A DNA stretch of 64,000 bases from Candidatus Wirthbacteria bacterium (GTDB lineage: Bacteria; Patescibacteriota; CG2-30-54-11), in contig CAISZI010000048.1 of NCBI GenBank assembly GCA_903889905.1, forward strand, positions 70,668 through 134,667, written 5' to 3'. Positions 29,845 through 39,755 of the stretch are shown here, piece after piece. A program made the translations under genes and the position numbers. The notes beneath the pieces were generated by a model, which had not been told where the DNA came from, did not search any database, and worked only from the letters and a program-made list of their open reading frames with translations. The stretch's first letter is position 1. Every line of letters starts with the position of its first letter.

Positions 29845-30369
29845 ATGCTAACGTTAAAACAACGTCCGCTCCTGATCACTTCGATCATCTTGCTCAGCGG
29901 TTTGATTCTCGCGCTGGGCGGCTGTGGCAACAAAAAAACCACGCCCGCCGCGACTGAACTTGCGCCCACCAAAACAGCTTGCACTTTGCTGCCACAAAGC
30001 GATGCCGAAACTGTGCTCAAAACCACCGTGACGGCCGCCAATGCCCCAGGCAGTTCCAACTTGACTTGTACCTACACCTCCACAGACGGCAAACAAGTTG
30101 TCAGTTTGCTGGAACGAGTTTCCGCTACTTCAGGTGTGGCGGGACTGGCGTACAACCAATCGCTTGGCAATGCCAAGACCGTCGCCGGTGTTGAACCCAC
30201 CATCTTGTATGACATTGGCGATCGGGCTTACTTTGCGGGCGGGCTGCTCAGCCAGCTGCACATCCTCCAAGGCAGTACCTGGCTGATCATTACGACCAAC
30301 ACGGGAACGGATGACAAAAATCTGGCGGCTGCCAAACAACTGGCCGGACTGATTCTGGCCAAATTGTAA
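29845..30369 (+). CDS. secreted lipoprotein (lipobox ALGGC)
   Basis: 174 aa. Signal peptide with LILALGGC|GN lipobox. Confidence 0.45.
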   Translation: MLTLKQRPLLITSIILLSGLILALGGCGNKKTTPAATELAPTKTACTLLPQSDAETVLKTTVTAANAPGSSNLTCTYTSTDGKQVVSLLERVSATSGVAGLAYNQSLGNAKTVAGVEPTILYDIGDRAYFAGGLLSQLHILQGSTWLIITTNTGTDDKNLAAAKQLAGLILAKL

Positions 30370-30394
30370 ACGACCCCGTTTCTGACTTGAAACT

Positions 30395-30619
30395 TTACGG
30401 TTCAACCCATTCAAACCGTTGCACTTGTTTGCCCTCAAGCATCACCGAGGACACAAACATGTCAATTGGACGAATCCAATATCGATTTGAGGCCGTGCCT
30501 GACAAAGCTTCGTAAACAACATAATCGGCCATTGTCTCACTGTGTTTCGCCACTGCAAGCACGCGATAATGCCCCCCTTTGTAGTGACGATAAACACCCA
30601 AAACCAATTCTGTTGGCAT
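30395..30619 (-). CDS. DUF1653-family small protein
   Basis: 74 aa, YRHYKGGHYRVL…SNRYWIRPIDMF signature. Confidence 0.55.
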   Translation of the reverse strand: MPTELVLGVYRHYKGGHYRVLAVAKHSETMADYVVYEALSGTASNRYWIRPIDMFVSSVMLEGKQVQRFEWVEP

Positions 30620-30652
30620 GATTGGGCCTTTTTGGTAGATGAAATTGGGCTG

Positions 30653-31582
30653 TTAAAAAGCGATGGAGACAGCATCCAACAGCTGATGACTTTGATCCCA
30701 GACCTGCAACTTTATCGCTGCTGCAGTCAGCGTCGCTTCGACCCAGTGATAACTTTTGGCTTTGGTCACCAACCCGCTTATATCACCCAGATTATACAAT
30801 GCGGCTCCGCCACCAGCTGTCACAACATAAGTAATCCCCTGTTGCACAATGCGCTGATAGGCGTGGTCGTGGCCTGATAAAACCAACTTAATGCTGAGAC
30901 GCTGCAGTTCTGCTGGCAACAATTGAGCCGCTTCCTTTACAATGCTGTCAGTTTGGTGAGGTCCGGCGGTCAAGACTGGCTCATGCGTGCAGACAATCGT
31001 GCGGTCGGTCGCGTGTGCTTGCAAATAAGCAACCGCCTTGGCAACACCACTTTCCAAATCCAGAAAAAGGAAGCGGATCCCGTCAATATCTTCAAAATGA
31101 TTCCCGACCTGATCTGGAAAGTACTGAGCAAACTGGTTGATGGGCAGTTCGTGATTACCCGACACGATCCAGAACGGTGCAGTCTGCCGCAGCGTCGCCG
31201 TAATTTTCCAAAAAGTTGTCCAGGCTTTAACATCACTGCCGGTGTCCGCCACGTCGCCCAGATGAATGGTTGCAGCTGGATGAACAGCGACCATTTGTGC
31301 CACCAGCTCCCGATGGATGGCATCGCCATCGCGAGAATCGCCATAAATGGCGACAACAACCGGACTGACGCTGTCGGGTTTGATCGTCCCTGACAACGCT
31401 GCAGCGTTGGTAGTGATGGCAGGTTGAAGCAGTGGCGCGGAAAGTGCTTGGGCAAACTGATCAACAATCTGCTGATTGTGGCTGGGCGTGGAACTTCCCG
31501 GCGATTGTTTGCTGACCAGATAAAGAGAGCCAACGGTAAGTAAAATGATAGCTGCGGGAATCAATCGTCGGTACCAGGGCAT
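30653..31582 (-). CDS. membrane-anchored calcineurin-like metallophosphoesterase
   Basis: Start at MPWYRRL (GGAG 5 nt upstream). TM anchor, then the metallophosphoesterase motifs GDSRDGD…HLGDVAD…GNHE…GHDH. Confidence 0.6.
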   Translation of the reverse strand: MPWYRRLIPAAIILLTVGSLYLVSKQSPGSSTPSHNQQIVDQFAQALSAPLLQPAITTNAAALSGTIKPDSVSPVVVAIYGDSRDGDAIHRELVAQMVAVHPAATIHLGDVADTGSDVKAWTTFWKITATLRQTAPFWIVSGNHELPINQFAQYFPDQVGNHFEDIDGIRFLFLDLESGVAKAVAYLQAHATDRTIVCTHEPVLTAGPHQTDSIVKEAAQLLPAELQRLSIKLVLSGHDHAYQRIVQQGITYVVTAGGGAALYNLGDISGLVTKAKSYHWVEATLTAAAIKLQVWDQSHQLLDAVSIAF

Positions 31583-31826
31583 GGGAACTCCACAATCAAA
31601 ACAAAACTTTATCCAAAGGTGACAACACAAAATTTGACGTGTTGCCGCCATAATATACCAGAATGATTGCTAAAACACGTTTGCAACTGACTACCAAATA
31701 CCCAATGCAACCATTTTCATCGGTGAATGAGGTTCGTGCGGAAAAACAGATTTTGAAGAATAGGTCAGCCGACAAAAACGACCCCAACCGCATTCAGGTC
31801 AAAGATGTACAGGCCTTTTTCAAACC

Positions 31827-32585
31827 CTAGCCCAAACGAACCCCGCGCATAGATAAACTCCCCATGGTCACTTTTTCGCAAAAATACTGAACGGTATCGT
31901 CGTCACGTTGCAAGGCAAGCAGATACAGGAGCGGCAAAAAATGCTCTGGCGTTGGTATGGCAGCATGCGCATTCTGCAACAGCTCGAAATGAATCAAAGC
32001 CGCATGATCATGCTCCAGAATGAATTTTTTCACAGTCTGATCAAACTGCGCTGCCCATTCAAAAGCCGTGTCTTGCCAGGCAATCAGACTCAGGTTGTGG
32101 ACAAGATTGCCACTGCACAAAACGAGTATTCCCTGTTCCCTGAGTGGAGCAAGTTTCGCAGCCAGTTCATAATGCTGCTCGCCAGTCAGGTTGCGGTCAA
32201 GACTGAGCTCAACAACGGGAATGCTGGCATCGGGAAAAAGTCTTGATAATACCGACCAAGCGCCATGATCCAGTCCCCAATCATAATCGAGCCGGGCAAA
32301 AGGCAATTGTTTTTGCATCATTTCAGACAAAATTTTGGAGCCCGGCGCCGCATACACTGCCTGATAGAGCGTGTCGGGAAAGCCATAAAAGTCATAGATC
32401 GTGCGTGGAGAATCCATCGCAGTAATGGCTGTACCCGAAGTTTCCCAGTGCGCCGAGACACAAACGATGGCCTTGGGTCTGGGCAGAGACTGACCGATCT
32501 GTTTCCAGGTTAGTGAAAATTCGTTGTCTTTGATCGCGTTCATCGGATTGCCGTGACCGACAAAAAGGACTGGCATGCGAGTCAT
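31827..32585 (-). CDS. class III extradiol ring-cleavage dioxygenase (LigB/YgiD 4,5-DOPA dioxygenase family)
   Basis: Start at MTRMPVLFVGHGNPMNA. Conserved HG(N)P, SAHWE, and YDFYGFP motifs. Confidence 0.7.
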   Translation of the reverse strand: MTRMPVLFVGHGNPMNAIKDNEFSLTWKQIGQSLPRPKAIVCVSAHWETSGTAITAMDSPRTIYDFYGFPDTLYQAVYAAPGSKILSEMMQKQLPFARLDYDWGLDHGAWSVLSRLFPDASIPVVELSLDRNLTGEQHYELAAKLAPLREQGILVLCSGNLVHNLSLIAWQDTAFEWAAQFDQTVKKFILEHDHAALIHFELLQNAHAAIPTPEHFLPLLYLLALQRDDDTVQYFCEKVTMGSLSMRGVRLG

Positions 32586-32595
32586 AAGCTGCGTC

Positions 32596-33066
32596 TCAAT
32601 AATCAACAGGATCAACCATTGCTTGATCCAGCACCTCAATCTTTATTTTCCCTGGCAATAAGCTGGTTATTACTTGCAAAAGGTCATCAAAACCCAAACT
32701 TTGCAAATCGAAAACCGTTTTGGCTAGTTCAACAATTGCCAACTGTCTCTCTCTAGACTCAAGCCACAGAGCAGCCCGGTCCAGACTGGCACCAACTCGC
32801 CGCAGCACATTCTGATGAGAATCCTTGGTTTGGTTCAAACCGTCGGTTCTCGTCTCGTAGTCAAATAATTTAGCCATCTCCGTGCGCACGTTTTCCACCG
32901 GGACTCCAGCGCGCAGACTCTCGACAATCGCACTACGATGCTGTTCATACTCGTGATCACCACCGAAGCCAAACTCGACCGCAGATTGTCGCCACGCGGT
33001 GATCAAAACAACCGTGTCGCTTTCCTCCGCTGGATGAAGAGTTTCTGCTTTGGGCAAATTGTCCAT
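32596..33066 (-). CDS. hypothetical protein
   Basis: 156-aa acidic ORF directly upstream of and co-oriented with the dioxygenase. No recognisable motifs. Confidence 0.3.
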   Translation of the reverse strand: MDNLPKAETLHPAEESDTVVLITAWRQSAVEFGFGGDHEYEQHRSAIVESLRAGVPVENVRTEMAKLFDYETRTDGLNQTKDSHQNVLRRVGASLDRAALWLESRERQLAIVELAKTVFDLQSLGFDDLLQVITSLLPGKIKIEVLDQAMVDPVDY

Positions 33067-33087
33067 GCTTCAACTTGCCATAAGAAA

Positions 33088-34356
33088 TTATTCGTACCGA
33101 AGCGCGTCGATCGGATCCAGGCGGCTGGCTTTGAGTGATGGCAACGCGCCAGCGACAAAAGCAATGCCCATAATCAGCAACATGATTTCGACAGAAGGCA
33201 ACAAGGGAAAAGTCAGCAGCTTAAACCCGACAAAATCTTTCAAAAAAGCACTGGAGGCATAGTTGCTAAAAGCGGTACCAATTCCCATGCTGACCAGGAC
33301 ACCCAGCAAAGCTCCCCAGAACCCAATTCCAACCGCCTCAAGCGCAAAAATGGCAAAAATGTTACGGCGATGGGCGCCCAGCGCTTTCATCAGGCCGATT
33401 TCACGGGTGCGTTCATTGACCGCCATCAGCAGTGTATTGACGATACCGAAACTGGCCGCAAGCAATGCAATCGCGCCAAACAGATTGAGGGCAATCAGGA
33501 TTGAATTGATGATGCTGTTCACCGTACCCAGCTGATCTTCGATCGTCTGCGCTTTGTAACCGGCAGCATCAAACTGCTTTTTGAGCGCAGTCACTTGCTT
33601 GGTGCTAAAACTGGGATCATAGGTCACGGTAAAGGCCAGGTATTTATCTTTCATTTGAGGTTGCGCACCGCCCTGCTGGGCATTGATCGTCGCTGCCAAG
33701 GTACGGCTGATGCTGACGCCACCCGCACTCAGCAAAGATTTTTGTTGCACACCCACAACTGTGGCCTCTGTTTCCACAATTTTACCCAAGGCGTTGGTGA
33801 ACCCAAGGGTAACTTTTTTGCCCACGGCTTCCCCTGCTGACGCAAATCCCAGCGGCGTCACATACGCAACCGGCAATAGAATGCCATCTTTGCTGCCTGA
33901 CCCGAGTAGTTGACCGGCGGCCAACTCCAGGTTGAGTCCATCCACATATTGATTGGCCGTCATTTCGAATTTCTTGTCGCCAGCCGTGATGTATGCTACC
34001 TGCACGACGAGCTGCGGGGTAACGTCTTTGACTCCGGTAAATGTCTTCATCTTGGTACTGTCCGTCGACGACATCAATATGATGTTAAATTGCCCCACTT
34101 GTTTGTCAGGATTGTATTCTTTGATATCACCGGTAAAAGCTGCGCCGCGATCCTGTTTGGCTTGGACGATCAAGGTATCTTTGATACCAACGTTGCCCAG
34201 CTGTTTGTTGACATAAGACTTGACGCCGTTCCCCACACCATTGGTGAGCGAAATGGTGAGTGCCCCGATAAAAACCGCAATCACTGTAAGTGATGAGCGC
34301 AGCTTGGCATGCAGCATGTTGGTTTGAGCAGTTTGAAGAATATCCATAGCACGCAT
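33088..34356 (-). CDS. ABC transporter permease, FtsX/MacB-like (4 TM with large extracytoplasmic loop)
   Basis: 422 aa. N-terminal TM, ~250-aa periplasmic domain, C-terminal FtsX-type 3-TM bundle. Start overlaps the ATPase stop. Confidence 0.7.
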   Translation of the reverse strand: MRAMDILQTAQTNMLHAKLRSSLTVIAVFIGALTISLTNGVGNGVKSYVNKQLGNVGIKDTLIVQAKQDRGAAFTGDIKEYNPDKQVGQFNIILMSSTDSTKMKTFTGVKDVTPQLVVQVAYITAGDKKFEMTANQYVDGLNLELAAGQLLGSGSKDGILLPVAYVTPLGFASAGEAVGKKVTLGFTNALGKIVETEATVVGVQQKSLLSAGGVSISRTLAATINAQQGGAQPQMKDKYLAFTVTYDPSFSTKQVTALKKQFDAAGYKAQTIEDQLGTVNSIINSILIALNLFGAIALLAASFGIVNTLLMAVNERTREIGLMKALGAHRRNIFAIFALEAVGIGFWGALLGVLVSMGIGTAFSNYASSAFLKDFVGFKLLTFPLLPSVEIMLLIMGIAFVAGALPSLKASRLDPIDALRYE

Positions 34357-35039
34357 TATTGGTTCCCTCCTACAATTTGACCATCTTTAATTTTGATACT
34401 GCGGTTGCACATGGCCGACAAATCATGGTCATGTGTCACCATAATCAGCGTGATGCCCTGTTCTTTTTGCAGTTTAAAAAGCAGACCGATTACCAGCTGG
34501 CCATTTTCACTGTCCAGGTTACCCGTCGGTTCGTCAGCAAAAATCACGGAGGGATTGGCAATCAAGGCTCGTGCGATGCAAAGCCGCTGCTTCTGCCCGC
34601 CGGACAGGTCGTTGGCACGATTTTTGATCCGATCGGTAAGTCCAACCGTTTCCAGTATTTCCAACCCCAGTTTTTTGCGTTTGTCCGCTGCGACACCACG
34701 GATCACCAGTGGCATGATGACATTATCCAGGCAATTATCACGCGGGTTAACAAAAAACTGCTGGAAAACGAAACCAAATTTTTCGTTACGCAAACGATCC
34801 AGGTCATCTTGACCCAGTTTGGAGGTGGGTTTGCCGTCAAGCAATAGTTCGCCCGACGTGGGCCGGTCCAGTGTGGCCAGGATGTGCATGAGGGTTGATT
34901 TGCCGCTGCCGGACTTGCCAATGATGGCCAGACTTTCGCCTTTTTGTACCTGCAGACTGACTTGTTTAAGCGCTGCCAGTTCTTCACCGCCCGCAAAATA
35001 AATCTTGCTGACTTCCTTTAGTTCCAGGATATTTTCCAT
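34356..35039 (-). CDS. ABC transporter ATP-binding protein (MacB/LolD-like)
   Basis: Walker A GKSGSGKST, ABC signature LSGGQKQR, Walker B IIFADEPTGNLD, H-loop. Confidence 0.8.
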   Translation of the reverse strand: MENILELKEVSKIYFAGGEELAALKQVSLQVQKGESLAIIGKSGSGKSTLMHILATLDRPTSGELLLDGKPTSKLGQDDLDRLRNEKFGFVFQQFFVNPRDNCLDNVIMPLVIRGVAADKRKKLGLEILETVGLTDRIKNRANDLSGGQKQRLCIARALIANPSVIFADEPTGNLDSENGQLVIGLLFKLQKEQGITLIMVTHDHDLSAMCNRSIKIKDGQIVGGNQ

Positions 35040-35142
35040 ATAGCAAAAACCTTTCCTACCAACGTATTGGTTTGTTGTTGGTTATTAAGCGATAACAATA
35101 TGGGCGACTATAAGCCGAAAGGGATAATTTGTCTAGATTGAC

Positions 35143-38100
35143 TCAAACATCGAGATCCAAAAAAGCACGATGTTTCAGCTCCGCACCAAGCCTGGCGAGA
35201 CTGTCGGCGCAGGCAATCCGGTCGCGGGTCACGAGCTGGAACAACTCATTCACCAGACTTTCTCGATGGGCAGCAATGGTTTGTAACGATGCTGGTTCAC
35301 GCAGAGACAGTCGCCACATAAGAGCTCTCAATGACGCCAGTCCTTTTGGCCAAAATTGCCGTGATTGCTTTGACGTGAACAAACTTCCGCTATCAGTCAA
35401 AACTGGAAAAGTCTGTCTCACTTTAGCCCATTTGATTTGCGCTTCAATGGTGGCGGTGCTGGCGGCGTCAACGGCAGATGGGGCAATCCGGAAAAATCTG
35501 ACAAGGTCGCGAACCAATTCGTCCTCGCGTTTTATCAGCACCCGTTCCCGCTGTCGTTCCTGCCGCAACCAAGCGTCGACCTCCCCGGCGGAACGAGAGG
35601 ACCATTCGGGATTAAGCAGACATTCGCGCAAATGCTCAAGTTTGCCATCCTGCGGCACCGTGATCAGCAAACTTTTGGCTGCACGGGTAAGGGCGACGTA
35701 GGTGACCCGGCGTTCTTCTTCGGTATCCGCAGCGCTTAGCGCATCAACACTGTCAGCAAGATTTAACAGCACCACATATTTGAATTCACGGCCTTTGGTG
35801 GCATGAATCGTACTCAAAGTGACTTCATCCTCGCTCTCCGCCGCTAAAGATGCTGCGGGTCCGGTGGCGACATGGGTAGAACGAATCAGTTCAAGCAAGG
35901 CCTCCGCCGTTGGCACCGCTTGCGCCACAGTGGCCATCACCTCCAGCACCATGACGTCGGATGCCGTGTCAATATCGTGTCGACTGCTGGCATTGTTTTG
36001 AAAAAACTGCTTTAACTCAAACACATCCACAAGCTGCCTGACAAGCTCACCGGCATGACTGATGCCAGCCTTGGACTCCGACACATTGACAAGTTGTTTG
36101 GCCAAAGTCGCCAGGCTGCGTTGCTTCCACTTTTCCAGTGATGGCCTCCCACACAGGGCCACAAAACTTTCCCGGTCAACTACCTCACGGATCAGTTCAC
36201 TGCCCAAATAACGGTTGGGCTGACGCAGCAGACGTTGCCAGTCATCTGCTGTGGCCAAATCCGGGTCGACCACCACCTGCAGATACGCCCCAAGTAGTTT
36301 GCCCGGCGCAGAACAAAACAGCCGTCGCAAATTCACCGGCGTATGCGCCACCTGCAATTGGTCAAAAATAACAGCCAGTGGAAACTGCAATTCATGGTAG
36401 CGAAACAGCACCGCAAAATCACGCCACCTGGACTGAGAATTCTGTTTTTGTTTCCGAATCCAGTCAGCGGCTGCTTTGGCCTGATCAAAAAGACTGGCGT
36501 GTTTGGACACATCAAAATCTCCAGGTTGCGCCTGTTTTTTGGGTTGAATATCTTTGGCCACGCGTCGTTGATTGTGTTCAATCAGCCAGCGTGAATGCCA
36601 GACCAGATTTTTGGAGGAACGATAGTTGGTCGAAAGTGTGAACTCACGACTACCGGGATAATTCACCGGGAAATCGAGGATATGCGCGATATTGGCCCCA
36701 CGCCAGCCATAAATCATCTGGTCGTCGTCACCCACAATAAACAGATTGTTCTGCGGCAGCCCCAAAACATGCATAAACAGCAGTTGCGACTTGTTCAAAT
36801 CCTGGAATTCATCCACCAGTACATACCGGAAACGCTGCTGGAGCTCCCGACGCAAGCTGGCATCATTGAGCAGTGCCTGCAAACTCAGGTAAATCATATC
36901 GTCAAAAGTGAGCACACGTCGCTCGCTTTGCAGTGCACAAAACCGTTCAAACAGTGGCTGCAGGAGATAAACCCCCTCTTCAAATTCGACAATGGCGCGA
37001 GCATCCAATGGGATTAGTTCGGTTTTGACTTGCTGGATACGGGTCAAAAGCAGATCGGCCGCCTCAGCCAGATGAACCGGCGCAACGTGACAAGCCTCCC
37101 GTACCACTTGCCTGGCGAGCTGCATTGGTTCATGCGTAGCCGTTTCTTCGTCATAAGTCCAGTGCAGATGGTCACGAATGATTTCGTACCCCAAAGCATG
37201 AAACGTACGGATCACCACGCCATCGGATTTGAGTGAGCCGGCAATGCGGACGCCTTTGGCCGCCAGTCGTTCACGCATTTCCCGGGCCGCTTTTTTGTTA
37301 AACGCCAGGGCCAGGATATGGTTGGCTGCAATGCCCTGATTTTGCAGATAAACGATGCGGTTGGTCAAGGTTTTGGTTTTGCCGGCGCCGGCGGGAGCGA
37401 GGACGCGGATCGGTCCATCCATGGGGGTAATTGCGGCTTTCTGGCTGCTGTCGAGCTCACGATCGAGCGGAATAAGGGGAATTTGTGCGGAGGGCAAATG
37501 CCGGCGCAAGATTCGGTCAACACACGAACGTACATTGGAGCGAATTTCCGATGCCCCAAAACGCAGCGTGACATAGCCACTGCGCCGGAATTCTTCTTCG
37601 CGCCATTGGTCACGATTGGAGGCATGTGCCTCCCGGTGATCGCACTCCACGACCACTGGCGATGGTTCCATGTCCAGCACAAAATCCGCACAAAACCGCC
37701 CCAGCTGCACCTGTCGCCGGTATGGAAGTTGGCGGGCGTCGAACTCGGTTTGCAGCTGTTGTTCCAGTGGCGTTTGCAACGGCGCCGTGGTGAGTGCTTT
37801 GTCAATAAAGTGCCAGTTTAAGTTGCTCCAGTAGAGTAATTGCCCGAATTGCTCCAGGGCAAGTTGTTCCAAAATAGTGCCTGTATCCTGATGCAATAAT
37901 GTTCCCAACGCTTTGCTTTCGTCATGCCAAGCAGAAACCGTCAAAGTGTCAAAAAAGGACACCGGAATATTTCTTTGCCGCGCCGGTATGATCACCTGGT
38001 TAACCAGTTTGGACGCCACCTTGGCCAGTTTATCCACGTCAAGGTCGCTCATCATCACCACGTGTTTACAGTGCTTCAGGTTAATGGCAACCCAGGGCTC

Positions 38101-38262
38101 GGCCAGGGCAACAAAGTGAACCGCCTTTTTACCCAAGATCGCTTGCAGTTTTTCGCCAAAAGCGCGTGCATCGACCGACGGGCAGTGGCTCAGATTGAGT
38201 CCAATGCCTTTGAACTGGAAGTGCTCGAGGCGATCAAGGTAAGGAGAAAAGTTGATCATCAA
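35143..38262 (-). CDS. multidomain SF1 helicase: unknown N-terminal domain plus DUF559 (Vsr-like PD-(D/E)xK endonuclease) plus UvrD/REP helicase plus C-terminal domain
   Basis: 1039 aa. DUF559 block FCADFVLD…VVVECDHREAHASNRDQWREEEFRRSGYVTLRF. UvrD motifs: Q-motif, Walker A APAGAGKTKT, motif II VLVDEFQDLN, YRSS, TIHATKGREF, TRAAKSL. Confidence 0.65.
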   Translation of the reverse strand: MMINFSPYLDRLEHFQFKGIGLNLSHCPSVDARAFGEKLQAILGKKAVHFVALAEPWVAINLKHCKHVVMMSDLDVDKLAKVASKLVNQVIIPARQRNIPVSFFDTLTVSAWHDESKALGTLLHQDTGTILEQLALEQFGQLLYWSNLNWHFIDKALTTAPLQTPLEQQLQTEFDARQLPYRRQVQLGRFCADFVLDMEPSPVVVECDHREAHASNRDQWREEEFRRSGYVTLRFGASEIRSNVRSCVDRILRRHLPSAQIPLIPLDRELDSSQKAAITPMDGPIRVLAPAGAGKTKTLTNRIVYLQNQGIAANHILALAFNKKAAREMRERLAAKGVRIAGSLKSDGVVIRTFHALGYEIIRDHLHWTYDEETATHEPMQLARQVVREACHVAPVHLAEAADLLLTRIQQVKTELIPLDARAIVEFEEGVYLLQPLFERFCALQSERRVLTFDDMIYLSLQALLNDASLRRELQQRFRYVLVDEFQDLNKSQLLFMHVLGLPQNNLFIVGDDDQMIYGWRGANIAHILDFPVNYPGSREFTLSTNYRSSKNLVWHSRWLIEHNQRRVAKDIQPKKQAQPGDFDVSKHASLFDQAKAAADWIRKQKQNSQSRWRDFAVLFRYHELQFPLAVIFDQLQVAHTPVNLRRLFCSAPGKLLGAYLQVVVDPDLATADDWQRLLRQPNRYLGSELIREVVDRESFVALCGRPSLEKWKQRSLATLAKQLVNVSESKAGISHAGELVRQLVDVFELKQFFQNNASSRHDIDTASDVMVLEVMATVAQAVPTAEALLELIRSTHVATGPAASLAAESEDEVTLSTIHATKGREFKYVVLLNLADSVDALSAADTEEERRVTYVALTRAAKSLLITVPQDGKLEHLRECLLNPEWSSRSAGEVDAWLRQERQRERVLIKREDELVRDLVRFFRIAPSAVDAASTATIEAQIKWAKVRQTFPVLTDSGSLFTSKQSRQFWPKGLASLRALMWRLSLREPASLQTIAAHRESLVNELFQLVTRDRIACADSLARLGAELKHRAFLDLDV

Positions 38263-38378
38263 AAAGGCTCAAATAATTGCCCCCTTTGTCTTACCTAAAG
38301 TCGCGGTAAAAAAGCAATATTTGAGCCCGAATTGACCCTGCCTTGATCCTGTTTTGAGCAAAAAAGGGTCAGCGAGTT

Positions 38379-39119
38379 TTAGCCCTGTTCCTGCCTGTGC
38401 TGCATCCATTCGTGGACAAAGACTTCGGCGGCTTCCGACTCAATACCTTCTACAATTTTCCGGGCAACATCTTCAGCACTGTCCGGTGGTTTGAAACCTC
38501 CTTCGTCGCCCGCATTCGATTTCCACTCGCGCGCCTCATGCTTGAGGGTATTTTTCTCAAATTCCGTCAATGTCATGTAGGGGTAAACCACGTTCACCCC
38601 GATTTTGTCCGCTTTGAGTTCTTCACGTGCGGTCAAGCTGATACCGACCAAAGCACGCTTCATGGCGGCATAAGCACTCATACCTGGAAGATGCATCAAA
38701 GCGAGACCTGAGCTGATATTGCTGATGAACCCACCCCCCTGGGCACGCATTTGCGGAATCACCTGCTGCATCGCGACCAGTGGCCCGATCAGGTCCAGTT
38801 CAAACAGATCCCGCAGCAAGTCTGTACGAATGTGTTCGACCGGCGCATCATAGCCTCGCCCGGCATTGTTAACCAGAATATCCACCCGACCCATGTGGGC
38901 CAACGCTTTGGCAACCATCATTCTGACCTCAGCTTCTTTGGCCATATCTGCTGGTACGACGAGCGCACCTGGCAATGCTTTGGCCAACGCCTCGAGTTTA
39001 TCAAATGACCGCGACGTCAGCACGACTTTGGCGCCTTTCCTGGCCAGCAAACGAGCCGTTGCCTCACCGATACCCATCGACGCACCTGTCACAATGGCAA
39101 CTTTACCTTGAATTTCCAT
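38379..39119 (-). CDS. SDR-family oxidoreductase
   Basis: TGASMGIG cofactor motif, catalytic YxxxK (YAAMK), 246 aa. Confidence 0.7.
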   Translation of the reverse strand: MEIQGKVAIVTGASMGIGEATARLLARKGAKVVLTSRSFDKLEALAKALPGALVVPADMAKEAEVRMMVAKALAHMGRVDILVNNAGRGYDAPVEHIRTDLLRDLFELDLIGPLVAMQQVIPQMRAQGGGFISNISSGLALMHLPGMSAYAAMKRALVGISLTAREELKADKIGVNVVYPYMTLTEFEKNTLKHEAREWKSNAGDEGGFKPPDSAEDVARKIVEGIESEAAEVFVHEWMQHRQEQG

Positions 39120-39149
39120 ACCAATAACCTCGGCAATAAATAATAATGC

Positions 39150-39533
39150 CTATCGGGCTTCGACAAATTCTTTGAGCGGGCCAAGGTAATAACGCTTCCA
39201 GCCATCATCAATGTCGTCAACTTCCGCCTCAGGCACACCACTTTGGGTCAGATGGAGAGAGGTGATGCCATCGGCAAAAGTCAGTTCAAACTTAACCTGT
39301 GATGGCTTGTCCCAATCGCCGCCAAACCAGTCCTGTTCCAAGCAGCTACCTTTGACCACCTTGGTATTGGAACCATGAATGTCTCCGCCCCAAAGCTTGA
39401 AAGTGGTGCCTGCCTCACCACGCATCACAGCAGGCCCGCCGCCCCAGCCCTCAATCTGTTCTGGATCTGTCAGCGCGTCCCAGACTGCCCGCAGCGGCGC
39501 TTTGATCGCATATGTTTGCTCAATTATTTTCAT
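39150..39533 (-). CDS. SRPBCC-superfamily protein (AHSA1/Aha1-like)
   Basis: 127 aa. Start matches the Aha1-type SRPBCC domain (IEQTYAIKAPLRAVWDALTDPE…). Confidence 0.55.
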   Translation of the reverse strand: MKIIEQTYAIKAPLRAVWDALTDPEQIEGWGGGPAVMRGEAGTTFKLWGGDIHGSNTKVVKGSCLEQDWFGGDWDKPSQVKFELTFADGITSLHLTQSGVPEAEVDDIDDGWKRYYLGPLKEFVEAR

Positions 39534-39661
39534 ACGATTTCCTTAATAATATTGACCAAAAAAAATTTTGGGTACAAGCATACTGCACAAAAAAATAATG
39601 CCATTATCGTGCAGAGTTTTACAGGAATTCAACTTTTTATTCAATCCGTGCAAAAAATAAA

Positions 39662-39690
39662 TTGACATATCCATACGATAATGCTATGAA
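39662..39690 (+). promoter_or_regulatory. putative sigma70-type promoter (TTGACA-N17-TATGAA) upstream of the cupredoxin-like gene
   Basis: Consensus -35 hexamer with a 17-nt spacer to an A/T-rich -10, in a 220-bp AT-rich intergenic region ~65 nt upstream of the ATG. Confidence 0.3.
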
Positions 39691-39755
39691 TTGTTCACAT
39701 TAGTTTGACCCAAAAATATTTATAAAATGTTTTATTATTAAAAGAAAGTAGCTTC

